Positions 1 through 9,967 of a stretch of 64,000 nucleotides of DNA are shown here, one piece after another. Source of the DNA: a virus (taxonomy: Duplodnaviria > Caudoviricetes); IMG/VR virus record IMGVR_UViG_3300021254_000020, positions 64,001 through 128,000 of that record. The stretch is one strand, 5' to 3'. A program made the translations under genes and the position numbers. Within the stretch, counting starts at the first letter, position 1; each line of letters opens with the position of its first letter. The notes below the pieces were generated by a model. That model saw only the letters and a program-made list of their open reading frames with translations. It did no database searches and was not told where the DNA came from.

Positions 1-1430
1 TCCTTCGGCGTAATCTTGCGGATCAGTTCCGGACGTCCAAAGATGGAAACGGTTACGTTCTCATCATTGTATACCTGCAGCATGGTCGTTACAGCCGTGT
101 CCAGGTAGTCCATGAACGTCTCATAACGCCAGGTTACATGAGAACCAAGGAAGTTATCCGGCGGTACGAAGTCGAACGTACCGGATACTTTGCTCGTGCG
201 CGGCAGGTTCAGGAAGGAGCTGTCGAGATCTTCCAGAATCTTGTCGTCTTTATAGTTAACTAGCGTCAGTTTGATCATGCTCATCAGCTTGGTCAACTGA
301 TTTACGTTATACATAGCCTGAATGTCACGGGTTTCTTCCGGAGAGATCGTAACAGTGATGTGCGGTGCTTCCGGGATTTCGAAGTAATCCGTACGTGCGG
401 ACCATTTAACTTTCGGAGTCTCGTATGCAGCGCTGGAAACGTCAAGAGCAGCAGAGAGGATTACATGCGTAACCGTTGCACTCGTGCACTGGAAGGTGAA
501 CTTGTTGTTGTGCATGGAACCAGCGAACTGGAATTCTTCAGCACGTACACCACCAACACCATCAGTCGGAACAACCATATCAACACGTTTCTGGAACGTA
601 CGGTCATACTGACCAAATGCTGCTACGAAACGAATCGGTTCAATAGCAATAACTTTGCTCTGGAGAGAACCAGTAGCCTGATCATATACTTTGATATCAG
701 TTACGTTACCCTGAGCATCCAGAACAGCATATTCTTCGCCTTTTACAGTCCAAACATTTTTGATGATCAGTTTGGTTACTTTAGAAGCACGAGATACGTT
801 TGCCGTCGTGCGGTTTACAGCACCAAGCAGAGCCAATACGTCAGTAGTCTGATTTTCCGGCAGGGCAATAACAATGTCCTTACGCGGAACAGCACTCTCA
901 ACGATGCTCTTAATCTTGTTCTGTTCCAAGAACATATCGATCTGAGTACCGTCCGGAGCTACCAACGTACGGGTTTCCATGGTCAGCGTGAACTGCGGAC
1001 CAGCTGCTACATCCTTCGGAATGGCACCTTTATCCATGACCGTAGTCATGAGCAGGTTCTTATGCATCGGGAAGGTAATACCAACAACAGGGTTGAAAGA
1101 AGACAGCGGAGCAGCTTCGCAAATACCTTGAACGTCATTTGCATACAGAGCTGCCAAGCCATCATAAGCTTCTTTCAAAGCCTGCGGATCACCCTTATAC
1201 TTCGGATCTTCAACATCGAAACTGTTTTCCACAAAGAAGTTCTTCATCTGATTATTCAGATTGGACTTCATAAAGAATTTACGCGGTTCCTCAAAGAGAT
1301 CAACGTGCTCGGTGAGACCAGCGCGAGAGATTCCAGTAAATGCCTCCGCGAGATCATGCAGTTCATTGCGTTCATAAGACTGGAGAACGTTCTGCATGGC
1401 CTGGTTTTGGCGAGAGCCTACTACTGCCAT
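1..1430 (-). CDS. Major capsid protein precursor, 5' part (runs off the left edge of the window)
   Basis: Open minus-strand frame from ATG at 1430 (MAVVGSRQNQAMQNVLQSYERNELHDL...ICEAAPLSSFNPVVGITFPMHKNLL...) to the window edge. It has an AAAAGGAG RBS at ~1440-1448, a late promoter at 1556-1570 and the strongest high-expression codon bias in the window. A possible maturation site (ICE/AA) lies near residue 105. It is absent from the ORF track because it is truncated. The capsid call rests on resemblance to jumbo-phage capsid proteins and on context. Confidence 0.75.
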   Translation of the reverse strand, partial: MAVVGSRQNQAMQNVLQSYERNELHDLAEAFTGISRAGLTEHVDLFEEPRKFFMKSNLNNQMKNFFVENSFDVEDPKYKGDPQALKEAYDGLAALYANDVQGICEAAPLSSFNPVVGITFPMHKNLLMTTVMDKGAIPKDVAAGPQFTLTMETRTLVAPDGTQIDMFLEQNKIKSIVESAVPRKDIVIALPENQTTDVLALLGAVNRTTANVSRASKVTKLIIKNVWTVKGEEYAVLDAQGNVTDIKVYDQATGSLQSKVIAIEPIRFVAAFGQYDRTFQKRVDMVVPTDGVGGVRAEEFQFAGSMHNNKFTFQCTSATVTHVILSAALDVSSAAYETPKVKWSARTDYFEIPEAPHITVTISPEETRDIQAMYNVNQLTKLMSMIKLTLVNYKDDKILEDLDSSFLNLPRTSKVSGTFDFVPPDNFLGSHVTWRYETFMDYLDTAVTTMLQVYNDENVTVSIFGRPELIRKITPK

Positions 1431-1555
1431 AATATATTTCCTCCTTTTTCTCCCGCGCTGGAGCAGACTAAAACTTGCAAGTCGTCAACGCGGCTTTTTT
1501 AACTTAGATTAATCTATAAAACCTATAGATGTACACACTATAGGGCTTACTAGAC

Positions 1556-1570
1556 CATTACGTTTATGTT
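1556..1570 (-). promoter_or_regulatory. AR9-like late promoter AACA-N6-TAAT upstream of the capsid gene
   Basis: The minus strand reads AACA TAAACG TAATG. This matches the AR9 non-virion RNAP late consensus AACA-N6-TA, and the motif recurs upstream of more than 10 structural genes. Confidence 0.7.
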
Positions 1571-1595
1571 GCTCAAGTCAGATGCCAATTGCTAA

Positions 1596-2396
1596 TTACT
1601 GCACGTCATAACCCCTATTAAATATAGGGAACTCCTCAGGTTCATGTTCAGGCTTGATCTTACTATTCATCTTGGCAATAGCTTGTTGTCTTTTTATTCG
1701 AGACTCGTATATATTGGTTACCAACCTAGTTATATAATTGAACCCATAAGTGAATCTCTGCAGCTCAGTCTTATTCTCCAGATATGTTCTAGCAGGATAA
1801 GCATTAACCAAACTATCTGTAATCATAGTCTTCAGATTAGTTAGCTTCTTGATAATGAAATCGATCATTGTGTCATCATAAGAGGTTCTACTAACCTTAT
1901 TGATCTTAGTAAGAGTTTCAGTAACTGCCTTAAACAATTCCTGATACCTTTGCTTCAGTTCAGTATTCTTTAATAACATCTGTTCAGGCTTAAGATCAGA
2001 GAAGATAACTTCCTCGTCTTTCTCTATCTCAGTTTCTGGGGATTGTGTTGCTGGATCTTGCATTTGGTCCATCTGATCCATAGCCTGGTTAGGATCCATC
2101 TGTTGATTTGGATCTCCTTGAGCATTAGGATCACCAGCCATTTGTTGGTTGGGATCTACTCCAGGCTGCATTCCTGCATTTGGATCCATTGGTTGCTGGT
2201 TAGGATCTGGAGCTCCTCCCAACTCAGGTCCAGGTTGTCCACCAGTAAAATCAGGAGGTGGAGTTCCTGCTCCTAGATCTTGTTGTTGGGGTGGCATAAC
2301 AGGAGCACCAGCTTGAGGAGGAGCAGCAGGCATAGGCTCCTCAGTCAATGGCTGTCCCAATAGGACTTTCTCAAATAAACTATACACTACTATCAC
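1596..2396 (-). CDS. Putative head/scaffold-associated protein with Pro/Gln-rich DPN(Q/A)Q repeats
   Basis: 266-aa ORF with a low-complexity N-half and helical C-half, immediately upstream of the capsid gene. Confidence 0.55.
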   Translation of the reverse strand: MIVVYSLFEKVLLGQPLTEEPMPAAPPQAGAPVMPPQQQDLGAGTPPPDFTGGQPGPELGGAPDPNQQPMDPNAGMQPGVDPNQQMAGDPNAQGDPNQQMDPNQAMDQMDQMQDPATQSPETEIEKDEEVIFSDLKPEQMLLKNTELKQRYQELFKAVTETLTKINKVSRTSYDDTMIDFIIKKLTNLKTMITDSLVNAYPARTYLENKTELQRFTYGFNYITRLVTNIYESRIKRQQAIAKMNSKIKPEHEPEEFPIFNRGYDVQ

Positions 2397-2401
2397 TCCT
2401 A

Positions 2402-3850
2402 TTAATCATTATCATTTCTAGCAAAGTTGGAGCTAGGCGTGAATCGTCCATTCGGATCTACATCGGTTTTCCATATAGATGGATTAGTGATTTCTGGAGT
2501 ACCCTCTTTATCTTTGATCTCACCGATAGTTTTGTCTCTTACATTTTCCCATTCCGTTTCGAGGATATCTATATTTTTATCTAATTCATCTACATACGTT
2601 TGGAGGCGTCTTTTCTGATCTGCATCTTTAGTAGTATCTAATCGTCTCTCTACAGACCGTTTATGATCTCTCCATTCAGAGATAGAGGAACGAAGATATT
2701 CTTTATTAAGATGCTTACTAGTAAGATAGCTGGTTATAGCTGCTAATACTCCAGGAATTACTCCTAGAGCAAATCCGCCAACTGTAACACAAGCATAGAA
2801 AGCAATAGAAAGAGCATTGTGAGTACCATTAGCAATATCTTCTAATCTAGTAGTTACTAGTAGAGAATGTATAGCACTTTTAGCCATGCCAGCTGCATTA
2901 GCTGGTGCTAACTTGATTCTAGCTATGGCATCTTTAGCTTGGTCTAATAAACTAGCTTCTAGAAGAGCACTCTCACTTTTCTCAATATGAGAATAGTCGT
3001 CAAACTCTTTGATTAGTGTAAGTCTATCATCCTCATCATTAGAAGTAGTTAGTTTATTCTCATTCACTCTCTCTAGATAATCTATATAGTCGTATAAATA
3101 GTCTTCTTTAAAGAAGTAACTATTCTCCAATGCACCTTTAATCATATTAAGTGTTTCAGTAACACTATCATCTCCTCTATGTAAGAGAGTATAGTCTACT
3201 ACGTTTCTCATAATAGATTCACTACTAAAGTTATCACCAAGAGTCTCACCAATACTATACAATGTATTCTCAGTCATAACAATGAATCTAGCTTCCTTAG
3301 AACCGAAGTTATATGAGTCAGTCATCTCACATAACCTATATACCATTTCTGTAGATCCCCAGTTGGTATAAGATTCCATGATAGATTTGGTTGTATCGAA
3401 TCTCTTATCTAGATTACGATAATTCTTCAATACCCTATCAGAATTGGTTAACTCAATATACTTCTCCAAGATAGCTTGTTTACTATCCTCATTAATATTC
3501 ATCATTTTGAGATATTTGTAGAGGGGCCTTATATTAGTGATCTCTTCTAGAATCTTATTGAATATTTTAGTAGACTCATTGACTTCCAATTCTCTCTCAT
3601 GGTTCTTATCGATATATTCCAATAGAGTAGCAGCTTTCGTTAGATTGCTTATCTCATCTACTGAATACATGTCCCAATTGATCATAGACTCTTTCAGATT
3701 CTGATAGTTATAAATAGTTTGCCAAGACTCAAATAGAGGATAAGCCATCCTTCTATTTCTAGCAATCCTATAATTTTTAAGAGAGGATTCTCTTATCTTA
3801 ACCTTATTCATTGTTGATCTAGGAGTATATCTCATTCTATACTTTTTCAT
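2402..3850 (-). CDS. Putative virion (internal head) protein with a C-terminal hydrophobic hairpin
   Basis: 482 aa, GGAGG RBS. Multiple [LI]xE sites (IRES, LFES, LKES, VNES, LLEA) precede the hydrophobic segment LSIAFYACVTVGGFALGVIPGVLAAITSYL and a coiled coil. Confidence 0.55.
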   Translation of the reverse strand: MKKYRMRYTPRSTMNKVKIRESSLKNYRIARNRRMAYPLFESWQTIYNYQNLKESMINWDMYSVDEISNLTKAATLLEYIDKNHERELEVNESTKIFNKILEEITNIRPLYKYLKMMNINEDSKQAILEKYIELTNSDRVLKNYRNLDKRFDTTKSIMESYTNWGSTEMVYRLCEMTDSYNFGSKEARFIVMTENTLYSIGETLGDNFSSESIMRNVVDYTLLHRGDDSVTETLNMIKGALENSYFFKEDYLYDYIDYLERVNENKLTTSNDEDDRLTLIKEFDDYSHIEKSESALLEASLLDQAKDAIARIKLAPANAAGMAKSAIHSLLVTTRLEDIANGTHNALSIAFYACVTVGGFALGVIPGVLAAITSYLTSKHLNKEYLRSSISEWRDHKRSVERRLDTTKDADQKRRLQTYVDELDKNIDILETEWENVRDKTIGEIKDKEGTPEITNPSIWKTDVDPNGRFTPSSNFARNDND

Positions 3851-3863
3851 ATACTAAGGCCTC

Positions 3864-5576
3864 CTAAAATTCTGGTTTGGTGAGTTTATCCTTATCATCA
3901 GCTAATACCAGGGTTAGATTGTATAATGATTGGATACACTCCTTAGAGGTAAACATCAAGTTTTGTCCATCCAAACCGATAAAGTATTTCTTAGAGTTGA
4001 TAGTATTAAATATCTCGTCATTAGCTTCAATAGAATACAGAACCTTAGAAGATACTGTGTCACCATCGAAGTCACCACCGATTGAATCAAGACGCACGTT
4101 GTTCGGTAATGCTACATCCATAAAAATATTAGACGTATTCTTATTTACCATCTCTGGATCAATCTTTGGATAATCTGGATAGAAGGTATTATTAACCACC
4201 ATAGGAACTGTGTTAATAGTAGAGAGAACCTTTATTTTAGCAGGATACTGGTTCCAATAAGTATCTATTGGGAAACGTGTTATCAGCGTACTCTTATCTT
4301 TAGCTATTTCTTTAGCAGCCATAAAGATTAGATCACACCAAGTAAGTGGTCTTTCACTGATAGGAAGGTTAACTCCTTCTTCAGGAATACCGCCATTCTT
4401 AGTAAGAGTCTCTGCTACTTTCTCATCAGGAACGTTGAAACCCTTAAACATTAAGTAGCTCTTCTTACCTTTAATATCTTCTTCCTCAACTATTGGAGCT
4501 TCGATAGCCATGAATCTATTACTAACACCATGCATGAATCTATCTAGTTCTTCTTTGATCCGTTCATCAGAATACTGGTCTCTCCAGTCTCTAATATGAA
4601 CTCGTCTAGTAGTTTTAGCTTTAGGATCCCAAGCAAGAATTTCTCCTTCATCGCTTAAGTTATTGGCGAACCATTGTCTTATATGGAATATCATATAAGG
4701 GAAGAAGTTGGCACATAGAGCAGCTAGAGGTAACCCAATATGGTCTAAGTCAATCTCTAGATCTTCTAACTTTTCTTTTCTTAAGTCTTGTGTACAGATA
4801 ACCAAACGTGCACCCCAGTCGAATGAACGTCTCATACCAGCACGTCTAATAAGACCTAGCTTTCTAGACAAACCAGATGCTTGACTCTCTATACCAGTTT
4901 GAGGGTCTCTACCAAAAACAATGAAGTCATATACCTTAACTAGACTATCTTGAATACGTCCTCTTAATGAGCCATTCAATGATAACCCATAGTCATCGGA
5001 TTCTTTCAATGCTTTACAATCTCGAATAATAGAATTATAGATCTTATTAATAACACCTACACCTATATTCTTACCAGAAACGTCTGTATCAACGTCTCGA
5101 TACCCTGCAGGCAATACTACGAAATCATCTATAAATAGCTTATCCCTATATTTGGTTAAGAAGTCTATTCTGATATTGCGTTTACTACTAGCAGTCTTCT
5201 TGAAATCAATCGTCTTAATCAACTTCTTAAGAAAAGGTAATCCAGTCTCACCATTAGGATCAGGCTTCAGTTTACCAGTTTCTTTATCTAAAACAAACGT
5301 ATCCATCTCATAAGCACACAGCTTAACGTTACTATCTAACTTATTCCATATCTTATATGCCAGAGGATGCATAAATGTATTCCCAGCTAGATGAATATAT
5401 GCGAAAATGGTCGTTCTGTCTTCTTTAGAGACACCAAAGATTTCGTTAGATAATAACCCTTTACTTGTCGGAAGGTTAGTTCTAGCGAAAAACATTGGGT
5501 CATTTACCTCTTCTAATTCATTTACTTTAATAAAGTTATTGACGTCAAGAGGCTCTAACTCCAAGTGTTTAGTCAT
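3864..5576 (-). CDS. Phage multisubunit RNA polymerase beta'-like subunit carrying the catalytic DxDGD loop (probably the virion RNAP)
   Basis: GLLSNEIFG near the N-terminus, then GARLVI, LITRFP and GGDFDGD (the NADFDGD equivalent). It is a split beta' fragment, as in phiKZ/AR9. A late promoter upstream (5599-5613) points to the virion enzyme. Confidence 0.9.
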   Translation of the reverse strand: MTKHLELEPLDVNNFIKVNELEEVNDPMFFARTNLPTSKGLLSNEIFGVSKEDRTTIFAYIHLAGNTFMHPLAYKIWNKLDSNVKLCAYEMDTFVLDKETGKLKPDPNGETGLPFLKKLIKTIDFKKTASSKRNIRIDFLTKYRDKLFIDDFVVLPAGYRDVDTDVSGKNIGVGVINKIYNSIIRDCKALKESDDYGLSLNGSLRGRIQDSLVKVYDFIVFGRDPQTGIESQASGLSRKLGLIRRAGMRRSFDWGARLVICTQDLRKEKLEDLEIDLDHIGLPLAALCANFFPYMIFHIRQWFANNLSDEGEILAWDPKAKTTRRVHIRDWRDQYSDERIKEELDRFMHGVSNRFMAIEAPIVEEEDIKGKKSYLMFKGFNVPDEKVAETLTKNGGIPEEGVNLPISERPLTWCDLIFMAAKEIAKDKSTLITRFPIDTYWNQYPAKIKVLSTINTVPMVVNNTFYPDYPKIDPEMVNKNTSNIFMDVALPNNVRLDSIGGDFDGDTVSSKVLYSIEANDEIFNTINSKKYFIGLDGQNLMFTSKECIQSLYNLTLVLADDKDKLTKPEF

Positions 5577-5624
5577 ACTCTGACCTCCTTATTAGCCACA
5601 TTAGTTGAATGTCGCAGCTATGAA

Positions 5625-5654
5625 ATTCCCATGCCTCCAAAGAGACATGGGAAT
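5625..5654 (-). terminator. Stem-loop, likely terminator
   Basis: Inverted repeat TTCCCATG...CATGGGAA just downstream of the 5659..5994 gene. Confidence 0.5.
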
Positions 5655-5658
5655 CATA

Positions 5659-5994
5659 TTATACTTCATTCATATGAAAGGTCAACACGTTGCGGTTCCT
5701 AGAAACATTCAACTCATAAAGAGGTTTATATGCCCCAGGAACAATCATCTTATCTAGATTCTGTTCAGCACTCTCAGCTATAGCTTCTGTACGTAAAGTA
5801 ACATTGAATTTAGGATTAGTGTCCTCATCAATGATTTTAACGTTCAGTATATCATCATCAGGGAAGGTACCATTTAGTACGTTATACATAGTTACCTGTT
5901 CAGAGAAGTGCTTGGGTGGATACGCAACGTTTTCTTCACGAGATAGCTTCTCATTAAAAAACTGTAAGAGATTCATTGTATCCGCCTCGCTCAC
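5659..5994 (-). CDS. Hypothetical protein (111 aa)
   Basis: GTG start directly after the stop of the upstream frame, with a GGAG RBS. Confidence 0.7.
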   Translation of the reverse strand: MSEADTMNLLQFFNEKLSREENVAYPPKHFSEQVTMYNVLNGTFPDDDILNVKIIDEDTNPKFNVTLRTEAIAESAEQNLDKMIVPGAYKPLYELNVSRNRNVLTFHMNEV

Positions 5995-6210
5995 TTATAG
6001 ATCTCCCAATACGTCTAGCAAATTGGGGTTTTTGTTTTCAGCATCCTTTTTCCTCTTGTTCTCTTTCATAGCTCTAACCCATAGATAGTGGAATAATCCA
6101 TAATCCATGTTTATTAGTTCTTGAATAGAGGTTCTACCCTTATTGTAGTCTGCTATTAGAGCAGCGCGGGAGTAGAGGCTGCTTCGATCGACAAGCGAGC
6201 TCGCATAAAA
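5995..6210 (-). CDS. gp51-like / tail-assembly-chaperone 'T' segment, probably expressed by -1 frameshift from the 6156..8279 gene
   Basis: The -1 frame is open from the CTTTTT site (6207-6212) to TAA at 5995 and reads YASSLVDRSSLYSRAALIADYNKGRTSIQELINMDMDYFHYLWVRAMKENKRKK... It has no start codon or RBS near its 5' end and fills an otherwise empty gap. Confidence 0.55.
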   Translation of the reverse strand, partial: FYASSLVDRSSLYSRAALIADYNKGRTSIQELINMDYGLFHYLWVRAMKENKRKKDAENKNPNLLDVLGDL

Positions 6211-8279
6211 AGCGCACCAATAGGATCAGTAGCATACTGAGGAATATCAGATTTGCAAATCGGGCACTTGGTTGCAGGAATATAGTAGGATACATCGTCC
6301 TGATTCATATTCTTCAGTACTTTCAGATATTCGCCATAGATCTTGGATCTCTGGTCGATATTGAACTGAACCATGATCTTCATGATACCTTGTACCTTAC
6401 GAATAGTGGTCTTTTCAATATCATCCTTAATAGCACCAAAGTCAATCTTGTGAGTAGTATTATTACGACGATCGATTACATGAACACTATCAATCATCGG
6501 CAAGAATCCTACTACGCTACTATACTTCTTCTTGAATTCCTTAGTCAGACTAGCCGGTTCGAAGTTCATGCTATAGATAGACGGTACAGCGAAGCTGATA
6601 GCAAAGTATTCATTGATAGGTACTGGAGGAGTCTTATACAAACCGCTCAGTACTGACTCGCCCCGTTTAATCTTCTCGAATCTTTCTTTAGTCTTATCAT
6701 TCGGGAAGGAAATCATATCCATGATATTCTTCTTCTCGAGGAACAGACGGGAGCAACCCTTCTTTGGGCACTGATAAGACAGATAGTTATTAGACTCAAA
6801 CTGAGCTACATACTGAGAGAAGATTAGGTTATTAAAATCGGCTGAGGAGATGCTCTTCAACCAAGCATAGAACGAGGGACGACCACGACCTACATTATGG
6901 CTATATAGAGCACGGAAGATACTCATCAGCTGTTCTATAGTCGGTTCAGGATTCGGGTTATCCTCACTACCTACAAATCCTTCCTGAATATCATCAATGA
7001 ACTGAGTCAATTCTTGACCAGAGAATGCAGTAGTGATTACAGGAACACCAGTATGCATAAGAGGCCAAGTTATATGCAACGGTTGAGGAGTCTTTTCCTT
7101 CTTCTGTTGCATAAACATCTTGAGAGCAGTATTCAGATTAACTGCAGTAGATTGCTGCAAATCATTGAGATCTTCCTCTTCTTCGATATTCAATAACTTG
7201 GCAGCATCTTTCAGATAATTAACTCGCATCTTGTCATAAGCATCGCTAGTCATACCATATGCTTCTACAAACGGATCAGTATCTTCTTTGATCTCTTCGT
7301 TGATATCATCCATGATCTCGTCAGTCATACTGAGACCCGGATCAAGCATATCATTCATAATCTCAGAGCTGGTTACTTCTACATTTGGAGTTGTATCTTC
7401 TTCGAGATCTTCCATATCCTTATTTATTTCATCATAAACAGTTTCTTCAGGATTGGATAATACAGAAGCCTCTTCCTTCTCTTTGCTTATCTCTTCACTA
7501 GTAGCTACACGCATGACTGCATCTTCAGACCCAGTTCCTAATACAAACTGCTCTTCACTACCTTCATCACTCTGATTATCAGTCATATTATCTACAGTCT
7601 TTGTAGCTTCAGCAGAACTCATACGATTCTTACGAATAGATTCCTGTGCCAAACCGAACGACTTATCGGTAATGCCAATAGAATCATCATTGGCTACTTT
7701 ATATAGAATATATCCCTTACGCTCATAATCAGAAATACCATCGAAGGTAGGATCTGTTTCCATAGCATCTTCATAGAATTTGATCTTATTAGCAAGCTGC
7801 TTGCTTACTTTAGATCTCTTCATAAGAGAAGCATACCGATCTTCTACGTATTTCTGTTTAGCCTCATCAATACGACCACCAGGAGCCATCAGCTCATTCT
7901 TCTCTCGTTCAATACCCTTATCAGCCAGAGCATTTAGATCATTCAACATTTTTTGAGGACCAGTTATCTGATTCTTGGAGCTAGTTACAGGATTTTTGGC
8001 TATCTTATTGATATCAGTAATTACATTATAACGTTTCTCGTCATCATCATCTTCGACTGGCTTACCCTGTTTAGGACGAGGAACCCTCCTACTCTTCTTC
8101 GGTTTATCCTCGACCTCCTCTTTGATATCAACTTTCTTAACGGTAATCTCAGTACCACCATCAGTAATCAATTTATGTTCCTCATTCTTCTTAGCTGCTT
8201 CTGCTGGTGTTACTTCGTCTTCAAGACCCAAGTCTGCAAGACTCATAGTAGTTTCTTTTTTGTCATTTTCTTTTGCCAT
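6156..8279 (-). CDS. Baseplate hub assembly / tail assembly chaperone (T4 gp26-like C-terminal domain) with a long acidic N-terminal extension
   Basis: C-terminal YQCPKKGC and KCPICK Zn motifs ending in ...GALF, and it lies near a gp25-like gene. Start is taken as MAKEND (GGAGAG RBS). Confidence 0.6.
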   Translation of the reverse strand: MAKENDKKETTMSLADLGLEDEVTPAEAAKKNEEHKLITDGGTEITVKKVDIKEEVEDKPKKSRRVPRPKQGKPVEDDDDEKRYNVITDINKIAKNPVTSSKNQITGPQKMLNDLNALADKGIEREKNELMAPGGRIDEAKQKYVEDRYASLMKRSKVSKQLANKIKFYEDAMETDPTFDGISDYERKGYILYKVANDDSIGITDKSFGLAQESIRKNRMSSAEATKTVDNMTDNQSDEGSEEQFVLGTGSEDAVMRVATSEEISKEKEEASVLSNPEETVYDEINKDMEDLEEDTTPNVEVTSSEIMNDMLDPGLSMTDEIMDDINEEIKEDTDPFVEAYGMTSDAYDKMRVNYLKDAAKLLNIEEEEDLNDLQQSTAVNLNTALKMFMQQKKEKTPQPLHITWPLMHTGVPVITTAFSGQELTQFIDDIQEGFVGSEDNPNPEPTIEQLMSIFRALYSHNVGRGRPSFYAWLKSISSADFNNLIFSQYVAQFESNNYLSYQCPKKGCSRLFLEKKNIMDMISFPNDKTKERFEKIKRGESVLSGLYKTPPVPINEYFAISFAVPSIYSMNFEPASLTKEFKKKYSSVVGFLPMIDSVHVIDRRNNTTHKIDFGAIKDDIEKTTIRKVQGIMKIMVQFNIDQRSKIYGEYLKVLKNMNQDDVSYYIPATKCPICKSDIPQYATDPIGALFMRARLSIEAASTPALL

Positions 8280-8820
8280 TGCGAACTCTCCTCCCATAAG
8301 CACGTTTACTAAACGCTCTGCCTTTACCTAGTTTCTTCTCTCGGAATTCAGCTCTATGCTTAGCTCCTTCGAGACCCTTATCCAATAGATCCCCCATAGC
8401 TCCTTCATCTAGCTTATGGTTATGGAACATCGTACCTCGATCACCACTAGTACGAACAGAATTGGTATTAAAACCAGGAGCAGATTTGCTTTTGATCATA
8501 GTCTTACTATTCTCTTCTCTTTGTTTAAGAGAATCTACTGATTCATTTAGCATATGGATAGTAGGATTAAAGGTCTTCCTATTTACCATTTGCATTTTAG
8601 AATCATTGTCCTTAAGTTTAACCGTGAAGTAGGTTACTCCTCTTTTCTCAAACTCCCTGAACATGAGTACTATATTTTCATACTCATCTTCTGGTAGTTT
8701 ATATATTACTTTATTTGACCCATCCTCTTCCCACTCTTTAGCCGTGCACTGTCTTACTTGCTTCCTCCAGTCTCCATTCTTTATATAGAAAACTGGGTCA
8801 TTGTCTTTGAGAGAAAACAC
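8263..8820 (-). CDS. Hypothetical protein (185 aa)
   Basis: ORF coupled to both neighbours; GGAGG RBS. Confidence 0.7.
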   Translation of the reverse strand: MFSLKDNDPVFYIKNGDWRKQVRQCTAKEWEEDGSNKVIYKLPEDEYENIVLMFREFEKRGVTYFTVKLKDNDSKMQMVNRKTFNPTIHMLNESVDSLKQREENSKTMIKSKSAPGFNTNSVRTSGDRGTMFHNHKLDEGAMGDLLDKGLEGAKHRAEFREKKLGKGRAFSKRAYGRRVRNGKRK

Positions 8821-9254
8821 TATAAATCCTCCAATCCTACTAATTTATTTTCGTCTACATTATAAAGTATACGATAAGTAATCTGATCAATTTGTATATC
8901 TATCACGATGTAATGGACTAGCTGTCTTTCCTCGTGATACGCTATTACACTGACCAGATTAAAATCAGGAAGATATGTATGTATTTGATCGTCTAGCTCT
9001 TGGCTTAGCTGGTATAGCTCCTCCTCAAATGAAAACCTGTATCTTCCTTTTATATCAATACCCAGCTCCGGGTGGTCGGCATAAGTTCCCGGAACAATGA
9101 GTATTAATCTCGCAATCATAAGAATAGCCGAGTTCCACTCATTAGGTTTGATGATACTCATATCAATCATTCTAGGTTGCTGTAAGTCATCTAATCCTAA
9201 TAAGTGGTCTCGTATATTCTCACCACTATATAGATTATTATTAGTAGTAGGCAT
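8820..9254 (-). CDS. Baseplate wedge protein, T4 gp25-like
   Basis: 144 aa. LILIVPGTYADHPELGIDI matches the gp25/GPW pattern. A late promoter variant (TACA-N6-TAAG) lies at 9275-9289. Confidence 0.7.
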   Translation of the reverse strand: MPTTNNNLYSGENIRDHLLGLDDLQQPRMIDMSIIKPNEWNSAILMIARLILIVPGTYADHPELGIDIKGRYRFSFEEELYQLSQELDDQIHTYLPDFNLVSVIAYHEERQLVHYIVIDIQIDQITYRILYNVDENKLVGLEDL

Positions 9255-9355
9255 AGTAGTTTCACCTTCTTTCTACTTATGGGTTTGTATTTTAATTCAA
9301 TTTTTAAAGCATTTTTCACAATTTAATAAATTAATAATATAAGGGAGGAATTTCT

Positions 9356-9967
9356 ATGGCAATGGGTTTAGCTAGTATGAATCCAATTCCTGGAGCTACA
9401 AAACAACAACCAATTCATGGTGTGCTGTTAATCAGACCAGAAGATGAAGATAAACCGAAGTATGGGGTTACTGGTGACTTCAATTCTTCTAAATATATAG
9501 CCCTCGATTCTCGCAATAAACCACAGATTAGGGATATTAAAGAGTTGGATGAATGTAATGTGGAGGTATTTATAATTAAGGATCCTACTGCTGATTCTAT
9601 TTTTAACGCTTTGGTAGAACGGGCTCAAGATATAACCTCTGAACCTCTTCCTGGTAATCTATATGAGGTATTTACTAATCATACAGAATACACTGAAGAC
9701 CAGTATAAGTACGATACTCTTCTAGAAAAGGTCTATATGGATAAGACTGAAAAGACTTTTGAGGGTATTCAGAAAGAGGTAGATTCTATTAAACAGCATG
9801 ATAGGACTATGACTAGCCATAAGCTTAATCTAGATCCTATAGTTACAGATAAGGGAGATTTAGATGGAGAAGGATTATGCTTCCCTATATTGGCCTCTGC
9901 TGATATAGCTCGTCTAGATAAAGAGTATGAATCTATCATAAACGGGGAGGATGATTCCATTGGCTAA
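9356..9967 (+). CDS. Hypothetical protein (203 aa)
   Basis: GGGAGG RBS; first gene of the divergent plus-strand block. Confidence 0.75.
   Translation: MAMGLASMNPIPGATKQQPIHGVLLIRPEDEDKPKYGVTGDFNSSKYIALDSRNKPQIRDIKELDECNVEVFIIKDPTADSIFNALVERAQDITSEPLPGNLYEVFTNHTEYTEDQYKYDTLLEKVYMDKTEKTFEGIQKEVDSIKQHDRTMTSHKLNLDPIVTDKGDLDGEGLCFPILASADIARLDKEYESIINGEDDSIG

Noticed and set aside
360-1502. 380-aa plus-strand ORF
   Set aside because: It is the antisense shadow of the codon-optimised capsid gene on the minus strand, with no RBS and an unnatural composition.
3864-5576. Intron or intein in the RNAP subunit, as seen in AR9
   Set aside because: The ORF is continuous at 570 aa with no intein motifs or interruption visible.
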